From Armatimonadota bacterium (GTDB lineage Bacteria; Sysuimicrobiota; Sysuimicrobiia; Sysuimicrobiales; Kaftiobacteriaceae): DNA of 64,000 nt. Positions 56,687 through 64,000 of this stretch are shown in pieces. The DNA is taken from NCBI GenBank assembly GCA_037440005.1, contig JBBIUY010000004.1, positions 23,673-87,672 of the forward strand, written 5' to 3'. Below the pieces are notes generated by a model that was given only the letters and a program-made list of their open reading frames with translations, did no database searches and was not told the origin of the DNA. The translations under genes and the position numbers were made by a program. Each line of letters opens with the position of its first letter. The stretch's first letter is position 1.

Positions 56687-59011
56687 CTACGGACCGCGGT
56701 CCACGCTCACCCACCACGGGATGCGCATCGTGGCCCCCGAGCCCGTCTCGGTGACGACGATGTCGCCAAAGCGCGTGAACGAAGGGACGGACTGAGCGAC
56801 CGAAAGGGAGACGGTGAAGGTCTGTGTCCCGCCAGGCCCGACCGTTACAGGTGTCGGGGAGACCGTGACCGATACACCCGCTGGCAACGGCGTGGCGAAT
56901 ACCACCGCCAGGGAGTAGGTCCGCGCCGAGGTGGTGCTGGAGTTCATGATCGTCACCGTGCGCGAGGCCGAGATAGGCCGCCGGCCCTGCCACAGGCCGA
57001 AGCTGACCGACGCCGGGCTGAAGAAGGCCCTGGCGTTCATCGCCGCCAACAGGTCCACGCGACCACCGCCCCGGTCCATGGGGTTGACCAGGGCGGCGCC
57101 CGTGGCGTGGTGGCGGACAGGCCGCTTGGCGGTGTTAACGATCGCCGACTTGACGATGTCCGGGTACGGCAGCGGTGGGCTGGTTCCGTACAGCGGCCTG
57201 AACAGCTGCAGCAGCACGGCGGCCGACCCGGCCAGGTGGGGCGTGGCCATGCTGGTGCCCTGGAAGAAGGCGAACTTCCGCTCAAAGACCGAGGAGGCCA
57301 CGTTTACCCCCGGCGCGGTGGCGTCGGGCTTGATCAGGTAGGTGAACGGCGTGGGGCCGCGGCTGCTGAAGCCGGCGATGATGTCGGCGTTAGACGTGAC
57401 AAACTCCCGGGGCGCGGTGCCGTCCACAGTGGCCGTCCTGTGCGCGGCCCCGGCGGTCCTGAGCGCGGCGCGGTCGGCCACGCCCACCATGGCCGCGGGG
57501 ATGGTCGGCTTGGGCTCGGTGCCGTCGTGGACCATGGCGATGGGGTCGCCGGCCACGTTGTTCACCACGAGGACACCCACAGCTCCCGCGGCCTCCGCGT
57601 TGCGGACCTTCGTGGTGAAGGTACACACGCCGCGGTCGATGATGACGATTTGCCCGAGGTGGGGCGTTCCCGACAGGGCGGTGCAGGCCTGCGTGGAAGC
57701 GCCAGCTGGCGCATCGGCTGCGGTGTTGTTCCAGTTGGCCAGCGGCGCAGTGACGGGCGGCTTAAACGTGCCGAACTCCCCCAGGGCGGCCGGGATCTCC
57801 GTCGTGTCGAAGGTTACCGGGATGCCCACGAAGTGAGGGTTGGTGCTGGCTCCGGCCGTCAGGGCCTTCTCCGCACTGCCCGGGGACTCGACCGTGAGCG
57901 GTCCCGGTCCCGAGTTGCCGGCGGCCACCGCGGCCACGACGCCGGCGTCCGCCACGGCGTTGGTGGCTTCGGCCAGGAAGTCGTGCGGCCCCTGCACGCC
58001 GCCGCCCAGGCTCATGTTCACCACGTCCATCCCGTCTTCCACGGCCGCCTCCAGGGCCGCGGCGATGTCGTGGCTGAACGCCGACCCGCCAAACGCCACA
58101 AAGCCGGCGCCGAAGCCCGGAAAAACGTTGTAGTCGCCCAGCAGCGCCCGGGGGGCGATGCCGCTGAGCCCGGTCAGGGTCACCGCCGTCCCGGCGACCT
58201 GGCCGCTGGTGCCGAAGTTGCCCGCCACGGTCCCCGCCACGTGGGTGCCGTGGTCGAAGACTACCAGGTCGGTAGGCCTCACGTGGGCCCCAGGCGCCAC
58301 GCCGGAGAAGAACACCCGACAGATGATCACCTTATTGTTGGTGTTGGCTCCGCCCGGCTTTCTCAGATTCACCTGAGGCAGCGCGTTCGCGCAGGCGTCG
58401 GTCTGGGGGGCCGGTGGGTATCCGGCATCGCTCAAGAACGGGTTGGTGATGTCAATGCCGGTGTCGATGATCCCGACCTTGATGCCCTCGCCGGCAGAGC
58501 CCGGGCCGCCCAGGGCGCTCCACAACGCCGGAGCGCTGATCAGGTCGGGGCTGATGTTCATCGCCGGCCGCACCAGGAAACTCGGGACCACGGCCCGGAC
58601 CCCTGGACCCTGGGCCAGCCTCTCGCGGGCCTCGCCGTTGAGCTTGACGGCGACCCCGTTAAAGACGACCGAATACTCCCGTACCACCTGCGCCCGGGGG
58701 GCGTTGCTCCGCAGCCAGCTTCTGAAGTTCGCCCTCCTGTCGCCCAGGTAGCGGCCGTAGGCTCGGGCTGCGGGGGCGTTGAGGTTGAGCTTGCGTCCAG
58801 GCAGGGGCTTGGTGCGCGCGTAGCCGGGGATCCCGCCCTCATACGACGCGACGGGAGGGTCGGCCAGCTTCACGATGACGTAATCGGACTCGACCTGCGC
58901 CGCGGGCGGGGCGTCGGTGGCCCGGCCGCCGGCGCCGGCCGGGAGGATCGAGGCCGCCAGGAAGACGGCCGCAGCCAGCAGGACCGCAATCCTCCGGAGA
59001 CTGCCGTTCAC
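56687..59011 (-). CDS. Secreted subtilisin-like serine peptidase (S8) with I9 propeptide and PA domain
   Basis: Catalytic Asp VGIIDTGID, His HGTHVAGT and Ser GTSMATPHLAG. 774 aa, signal peptide. GTG start with a GAGGAGGTG RBS. Confidence 0.85.
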   Translation of the reverse strand: MNGSLRRIAVLLAAAVFLAASILPAGAGGRATDAPPAAQVESDYVIVKLADPPVASYEGGIPGYARTKPLPGRKLNLNAPAARAYGRYLGDRRANFRSWLRSNAPRAQVVREYSVVFNGVAVKLNGEARERLAQGPGVRAVVPSFLVRPAMNISPDLISAPALWSALGGPGSAGEGIKVGIIDTGIDITNPFLSDAGYPPAPQTDACANALPQVNLRKPGGANTNNKVIICRVFFSGVAPGAHVRPTDLVVFDHGTHVAGTVAGNFGTSGQVAGTAVTLTGLSGIAPRALLGDYNVFPGFGAGFVAFGGSAFSHDIAAALEAAVEDGMDVVNMSLGGGVQGPHDFLAEATNAVADAGVVAAVAAGNSGPGPLTVESPGSAEKALTAGASTNPHFVGIPVTFDTTEIPAALGEFGTFKPPVTAPLANWNNTAADAPAGASTQACTALSGTPHLGQIVIIDRGVCTFTTKVRNAEAAGAVGVLVVNNVAGDPIAMVHDGTEPKPTIPAAMVGVADRAALRTAGAAHRTATVDGTAPREFVTSNADIIAGFSSRGPTPFTYLIKPDATAPGVNVASSVFERKFAFFQGTSMATPHLAGSAAVLLQLFRPLYGTSPPLPYPDIVKSAIVNTAKRPVRHHATGAALVNPMDRGGGRVDLLAAMNARAFFSPASVSFGLWQGRRPISASRTVTIMNSSTTSARTYSLAVVFATPLPAGVSVTVSPTPVTVGPGGTQTFTVSLSVAQSVPSFTRFGDIVVTETGSGATMRIPWWVSVDRGP

Positions 59012-59204
59012 GTCTTCACCTCCTCACCACCCCGGGTCCGACGGGAAAGGCGCGTCCGATGACACGACGACGGGAGTGCAGGGATCGCCCAGGGATCACT
59101 GGGACGGATTCGCCCCGCCCCGACCGCATCCTGCACGAGGCAGGTCAGGTCCCGCGCGCGTCAGGCGGGCTGTGGGGAGAATTGCGATGGAAGTTTTCGG
59201 GAAG

Positions 59205-60170
59205 TTACCGCCGCAGGGGCGCCGGAGGGATCTGGGTGGGGACCAGCAACCCGGGCGGGGCGCTGAGCACCCGCGGAATGGCGGAGACCACCAGCGCGCA
59301 GGTGGCCGCGTCGCCGTGCAGCCCTCCGGGGATCTCCACGGCGACGGACGGGTCGCCGTCGATGCGCACCGAGTCCCGGGGCCTGACCGCACCCCGGGCC
59401 ATCAGCAGGTCCAGCACCACCGCGTCCCGGCCGGAGCGCACGCCGCGCAGGACCTGGTGGATGCCTCGCACGACGCCCCCGGCGTCCGCGACGGGCTCGA
59501 CCGACTCCTCCACGCCGTCCAGGGTCCAGCCCAGGGCGTGGGCGACAATCGCCGCCGACTCGGCCAGCCCCACGTGGCCCAACCGGCCGTCGGCCACCCC
59601 CCGGCGGAACTCCTCGACGGTCAGTCCCACCCCTGCCTTGCGCCGCAGGGACTCGCGCCGGACGTCCAGGTCCACCACCCGCTCCACGGTGACCGCGCGC
59701 ACCTCCCGGCAGGGCAGGGCCAGCACGACGGGGAGGACGTCCATGACGAACCCGGGGTTGACGCCCAGGCCGACGACCACCGCTCCCCGGCTGCGCGCCA
59801 GCGCGTCCAGGTCGGCCGCCTCCCGCGGGTACCGGAGCCAGGGGAACGCCAGCTCCTCGCAGGTGGAGATGACCGACATCCCCGCGTCGACCACAGGCGT
59901 GATCTGGGGCAGGACGTCGGACAGCCGCGAGCGGGTGGAGTGCAGGACCACATCGGCGCCGGCGGACAGCAGTCCGCCGGGGTCGGCAAAGATCCGGACG
60001 TCTTCCGGGGCACCGGGCACCAGGTCCGAGGCGGGCCGGCCGGTCTTGCGGGGGTCGGAGTCCACGGCCCCGACCAGGACGTGACCCCGGGCGATGGCCA
60101 GTTCCGCGATGCCTGCGCCGATGGAGCCCAGGCCGTACTGGATAAAGCGCACAGACCGCACGGGCCCCAT
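59205..60170 (-). CDS. DapB-like NAD(P)-dependent dehydrogenase (dihydrodipicolinate reductase / amine dehydrogenase family)
   Basis: N-terminal Rossmann motif VRFIQYGLGSIGAGIA; 321 aa. Confidence 0.55.
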   Translation of the reverse strand: MGPVRSVRFIQYGLGSIGAGIAELAIARGHVLVGAVDSDPRKTGRPASDLVPGAPEDVRIFADPGGLLSAGADVVLHSTRSRLSDVLPQITPVVDAGMSVISTCEELAFPWLRYPREAADLDALARSRGAVVVGLGVNPGFVMDVLPVVLALPCREVRAVTVERVVDLDVRRESLRRKAGVGLTVEEFRRGVADGRLGHVGLAESAAIVAHALGWTLDGVEESVEPVADAGGVVRGIHQVLRGVRSGRDAVVLDLLMARGAVRPRDSVRIDGDPSVAVEIPGGLHGDAATCALVVSAIPRVLSAPPGLLVPTQIPPAPLRR

Positions 60171-60301
60171 TGTAGCAGGGCCGGTCGCTGGCGTCCTGAA
60201 GCGGGCGCACCTGCCCGGGAGGGGGGAGGGGAGGCCGGATCAGCCTCCCCTCCGCCGCTGCGGGCCGAATCGCCTTCGCCCGCCGCGCGTGGACGTGGCC
60301 G

Positions 60302-61702
60302 TTACTTTCCGGTCACCGCGCGGTAGGCGTTGATCCGGCCGAAGCCGTACCACATGTCCTTGCCGGGCTTGCCCAGGTCGTCGGCGGACCGCTTGAGGAT
60401 GGCCACGATCTGGTCTCCGGTCAGCTCTCCTCCGTACACCGAGTCTACCAGGGCCGCCGCACCGCTCACGTGGGCCGCGGCCATGCTGGTGCCCAGCATG
60501 AACAGCCCCGCCTGTCCGCTGCCGCAGCCAGGCCGGCTGAACCGCGCGCAGGCGGAGATGATGGCATCGGTCATTACCTTGGGGTTGAAGCTCCCGCCGG
60601 GGGCGGCGAAGGTGAGGATGGACATCCCGTGGTCGGAGTAGACGACGATGCTGCCGTCCGGAAGCTGGGCGCGTGCCATGCTGTCCACACCCGCTCCAAA
60701 CCACGGCCCTGTCGCCGACACGGCGGCCACGTGGGGCAGCTCGGCCGGGATCTTCATCATATTGCCCATGCGGTCCCAGTTGACGCCGTTGTTGCCCGCG
60801 GACGCCACAAGAAGCGCTCCACGGGCGTGGGCGTAGTTGACGGCCCGGTTGAGGGCGGCCAGCAGCTGGGCGTCGTCACGGCCCTGCTTGACCAGGGTGT
60901 CGCCAAAGCTCATGTTGATGACGTCCGCGCCCACGTCGGCGGCGTACTTGATGGCCGCGATGATGTCGCCGTACTCGGCAAAGCCGGTCCTCCCGGACAC
61001 CTTGAGGGCGATGAGGGTCACCCCGGGAGCCACCCCCGCCACGTTGTATCCCCGGGCGGCGATGATCCCGGCCACATGAGTCCCGTGGCCGTGCACGTCC
61101 AGGTACGGCAGAGAGCCCGGCGGCAGCGGCTCCGTCCAGTACGACCTGCTGAGGACCGGGTCCACCTTGCCGACCAGGTCCTGGTGCCCGTAGTCGATCC
61201 CCGAGTCGATGACCGCCACCTTCACGCGGCGGTCGCCCACCACCCCCGCGGCCCACACCCGGTCGGCGCCGATCGCCCGCATGTTCCACTGGGCCCCGAA
61301 GAACCGCGCCGACGCGGGGTTCACCCCCTCCGCCGCCAGCGCCTCAGGTGCGGGGCTTCCGTCGGCGCCTTCCAGGACGACGGGCTCCTGGTCGGGCAGC
61401 CCCACCCCCACCAGCCGGTCCTCGCTCACCCCCTGCACGCCGGCGACGCCGATGGCGGCGTCGGCGAACGCCGGGTCGTCGGACTCCACGACCGCCACGC
61501 CGATCTCGTCCATCCGGTGGACGATCCGGCCTCCCACCGACGCCATCAGGCCCTCAAACTCCGGCGGCAGGGTCTGACCCGACCACACCACCACGTAGCG
61601 GCGGCCGCCCGCAGACGCGGCGGTCTGCGGCGGCTGCGCCGCCAGGGCCGCCAGCGCCACGATGACCACCAGCACGCCTGCAACCCGCACAAGACCTCGC
61701 AT
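60302..61702 (-). CDS. Secreted subtilisin-like serine peptidase (S8)
   Basis: Catalytic Asp VAVIDSGID, His HGHGTHVAG and Ser GTSMAAAHVSG. Signal peptide; 466 aa. Confidence 0.85.
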   Translation of the reverse strand: MRGLVRVAGVLVVIVALAALAAQPPQTAASAGGRRYVVVWSGQTLPPEFEGLMASVGGRIVHRMDEIGVAVVESDDPAFADAAIGVAGVQGVSEDRLVGVGLPDQEPVVLEGADGSPAPEALAAEGVNPASARFFGAQWNMRAIGADRVWAAGVVGDRRVKVAVIDSGIDYGHQDLVGKVDPVLSRSYWTEPLPPGSLPYLDVHGHGTHVAGIIAARGYNVAGVAPGVTLIALKVSGRTGFAEYGDIIAAIKYAADVGADVINMSFGDTLVKQGRDDAQLLAALNRAVNYAHARGALLVASAGNNGVNWDRMGNMMKIPAELPHVAAVSATGPWFGAGVDSMARAQLPDGSIVVYSDHGMSILTFAAPGGSFNPKVMTDAIISACARFSRPGCGSGQAGLFMLGTSMAAAHVSGAAALVDSVYGGELTGDQIVAILKRSADDLGKPGKDMWYGFGRINAYRAVTGK

Positions 61703-61998
61703 CAGTGCGTCTCCCTCAGGAAAGTGCTGGAGGGCCTGCCGGCCTCCAGCCGTGCCGATTACGTGGAACTTCCGGAGAACTCCAAATCCGAGAAGATGGA
61801 TCGGGCCCGCCCGCGCCGCCCCTGCCGCGCGGGCCGGATGCCCGTCCCCGCCCGTCGTGCGCTTCCGACGACCCTCCCCCGAAGAGCCTCCCCCGGCTGT
61901 TTACTTCCCCACCGGAGCAAGAGCCGTGCCCGGAGGGCAGGGAGGCGCCCGCCGGACCGGCGAACACATATCCGGGTCGCGGTCCAAAGGAGCCCCCA

Positions 61999-62940
61999 GT
62001 GCCCGTTGCGGTCGTCGCCATCGGCGGCAACTCCCTGATCACCGACGAAGCCCGCCCCACCGTGGCCGGCGAGATCGCCGCCCTGGAGGGGACGAGCGTC
62101 CACATCGCCGAGATGCTGGCGCGGGGGTGGGACGTGGTCCTCACCCACGGCAACGGCCCCCAGGTGGGGTTTGGCCTCCTGCGCAGCGAGCTGGCCGCCG
62201 GGGTGGTCCCGCCGCTGCCCCTGGACGTGCTGGGGGCGCAGACCCAGGGCAGCATCGGGTACCTGATCCAGCAGGTCCTGGGCAACGCGCTGCGCCGGCG
62301 GGGGATCCGCAAGCCCATCGCCACCGTGGTCACCCAGGCGGTGGTGGACCCGCAGGATCCCGCGTTCTCCCATCCCACCAAACCTATCGGCCGGTTTTAC
62401 TCCAAACTTGAGGCCGAGCGGCTGGCGGCCGAGCGGGGCTGGCAGGTGGTGGAGGACGCGGGGAGGGGGTGGCGGCGGGTGGTCCCGTCCCCGCGGCCGG
62501 TGGAGATCGTGGAGTGGCCGGTGATCAAGGACCTGGCCGGGGCGGGGGTGGTGGTGGTGGCCTGCGGCGGGGGAGGGATCCCGGTGGTCCGGGAGCCCGA
62601 CGGGCGGCTGCGGGGGGTGGAGGCGGTGATCGACAAGGACCTGGCCAGCGCCCTGCTGGCGGCGTTGCTGGGGGTGGACCTGCTGCTGATCTCGACGGCG
62701 GTGGACCGGGCGTACCTGGACTACGGGAGGCCGGGCCAGCGGCCGGTGGCGGTCCTGACGGTGGAGGAGGCCCGCCGCTACCTGGCCGCGGGCCAGTTCC
62801 CGCCGGGCAGCATGGGCCCCAAGATCGAAGCGGCGGTGCAGTTCCTGCAGGGGGGCGGGCGGGAGGTGATCATCACCTCTCCCCCGCAGATCCCCCGGGC
62901 GCTGGCCGGGGAGGCCGGCACCCGCATCGTGGCCGGGTGA
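61999..62940 (+). CDS. arcC: Carbamate kinase
   Basis: VVAIGGNSL...THGNGPQVG and the amino-acid-kinase fold. 313 aa. GTG start with an AAGGAG RBS. Confidence 0.85.
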   Translation: MPVAVVAIGGNSLITDEARPTVAGEIAALEGTSVHIAEMLARGWDVVLTHGNGPQVGFGLLRSELAAGVVPPLPLDVLGAQTQGSIGYLIQQVLGNALRRRGIRKPIATVVTQAVVDPQDPAFSHPTKPIGRFYSKLEAERLAAERGWQVVEDAGRGWRRVVPSPRPVEIVEWPVIKDLAGAGVVVVACGGGGIPVVREPDGRLRGVEAVIDKDLASALLAALLGVDLLLISTAVDRAYLDYGRPGQRPVAVLTVEEARRYLAAGQFPPGSMGPKIEAAVQFLQGGGREVIITSPPQIPRALAGEAGTRIVAG

Positions 62941-63024
62941 GAGGGTGTGGACGGTTGATGACGGGGGGCCGCCGGTGACAGACTGAGGGCGGAGAGCAAC
63001 CGCGGGACGGAAGGGGGGAGGGCC

Positions 63025-64000
63025 GTGGACGAGCTGCCGCTGGCGTCGCGGATGCGGGGGCTGGGCACGGAAACGGCGTTCGAGGTCCTGGCCCGGGCGC
63101 GGGACCTGGAACGGCAGGGGCGGTCCATCATCCACCTGGAGATCGGGGAGCCCGACTTCGACACCCCCGAGCACATCAAGGAGGCAGCCATCAAAGCCCT
63201 GCGGGACGGCTACACCCACTACACGCCGTCGGCGGGTCTGTACGAGGCCCGGGAGGCCGTCGCCCAGCACGTGGAGGCCACCCGCAAGATTCCGGTCCAC
63301 CCGGACGAGGTGGTCATCACCCCGGGCAGCAAGCCGGTGATGTTCTTCGCCATCCTGGCCCTGGTGGAGCCCGGTGACGAGGTGATTTACCCGGACCCCG
63401 GCTATCCCATCTACGAGTCGGTGGCCCGCTTCGCGGGGGGCGTCCCCCGGCCGCTGGTCCTGCGGGAGGCCCGCGGCTTCCGCGTCGACCCCGACGAGCT
63501 GCGGGAGCTGATCACCCCCAGGACCAAGCTGGTGATCCTCAACTCGCCGCACAACCCCTGCGGCTCGGTCCTGACCCGCGAGGACGTGGTGGCGATCGCC
63601 GAGATCGTGCAGCGGTCGCGGGCGTTTGTGCTGTCGGACGAAATCTACTGGCAGATCCTGTACGAGGGCGCCCACTACAGCATCGCCAGCGTGCCGGGGA
63701 TGAAAGAGCGCACCATCCTGCTGGACGGCTTTTCCAAGGCCTACGCCATGACCGGGTGGCGGCTGGGCTTTGGGGTCATGCGCCGGGACCTGGCCGCCCG
63801 GATGACCCAGCTGATGGTCAACTCCAACTCCTGCGCGGCGGCGTTCACCCAGATCGCCGGCATCGCGGCCCTGCGGGGCCCCCGGGAGCCGGTGGAGCGC
63901 ATGGTGGCCGAGTTCCACCGCCGGCGGGACGTGATCGTCTCAGGGCTGCGGGCCCTGGACGGGGTGACGTGCGCCATGCCCGCCGGGGCGTTCTACGCCT
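63025..64000 (+). CDS. Pyridoxal-phosphate-dependent aminotransferase (class I/II, aspartate aminotransferase-like), 3'-truncated by the window edge
   Basis: PLP-Lys motif LDGFSKAYAMTGWRLG and the ILNSPHNPCG motif. GTG start. The ORF stays open to position 64000. Confidence 0.85.
   Translation, partial: MDELPLASRMRGLGTETAFEVLARARDLERQGRSIIHLEIGEPDFDTPEHIKEAAIKALRDGYTHYTPSAGLYEAREAVAQHVEATRKIPVHPDEVVITPGSKPVMFFAILALVEPGDEVIYPDPGYPIYESVARFAGGVPRPLVLREARGFRVDPDELRELITPRTKLVILNSPHNPCGSVLTREDVVAIAEIVQRSRAFVLSDEIYWQILYEGAHYSIASVPGMKERTILLDGFSKAYAMTGWRLGFGVMRRDLAARMTQLMVNSNSCAAAFTQIAGIAALRGPREPVERMVAEFHRRRDVIVSGLRALDGVTCAMPAGAFYA

Overview
High-GC (~72%) bacterial chromosomal window of 64 kb with about 70 genes. 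It is densely operonic, with many 4-nt ATGA/GTGA start-stop overlaps and GGAGG-type RBSs. The host is thermophile-like but cannot be assigned from sequence alone.

In order, the window contains:

1. A complete System-I cytochrome c maturation operon on the minus strand (ccmA-B-C-D-E-F-H). It is extended by four co-translated genes, including a mono-heme cytochrome c and a PAS-domain protein. CcmE has Cys/Phe where canonical CcmE has the heme-binding His/Tyr.

2. A decayed operon: a MopB-like gene fused by deletion to the 3' end of an NrfD-like gene, several homopolymer frameshifts, a frameshifted TorD-like chaperone gene and a degenerate MvhD/FlpD-like gene.

3. A Met-rich, putatively copper-responsive module: a PepSY protein, a SHOCT membrane protein and an OmpR/sensor-kinase pair.

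4. A VKOR-thioredoxin fusion, a DoxX protein and a NarL-type two-component system.

5. A wHTH regulator followed by one long respiratory operon. It encodes A-type (aa3-like) oxidase subunits II-I-IV-III, four tandem cupredoxins, a TAT-exported 4-cluster ferredoxin (NrfC/ActB2-like), an NrfD/ActC-like membrane subunit and a small anchored subunit. I read this as a candidate heme-free quinol:cupredoxin oxidoreductase feeding the oxidase.

6. A GAF histidine kinase with two near-identical NarL-type response regulators.

7. Housekeeping and metabolic genes: pfkA, two aldolases, a FAD oxidoreductase, a Zn-ADH, gdh, a double GNAT, tRNA-Tyr and tRNA-Gly, folD, folC, a class-I lysyl-tRNA synthetase, a 2-hydroxyacid dehydrogenase, an EF-G paralogue, dnaG-rpoD, ahcY, comFC, a BNR protein, two S8 peptidases, arcC and an aminotransferase.

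Three intergenic (GGGAAGA)n G-tract repeat elements and several other structured repeats are present. No rRNA, CRISPR array, transposase, integrase or phage genes were seen.
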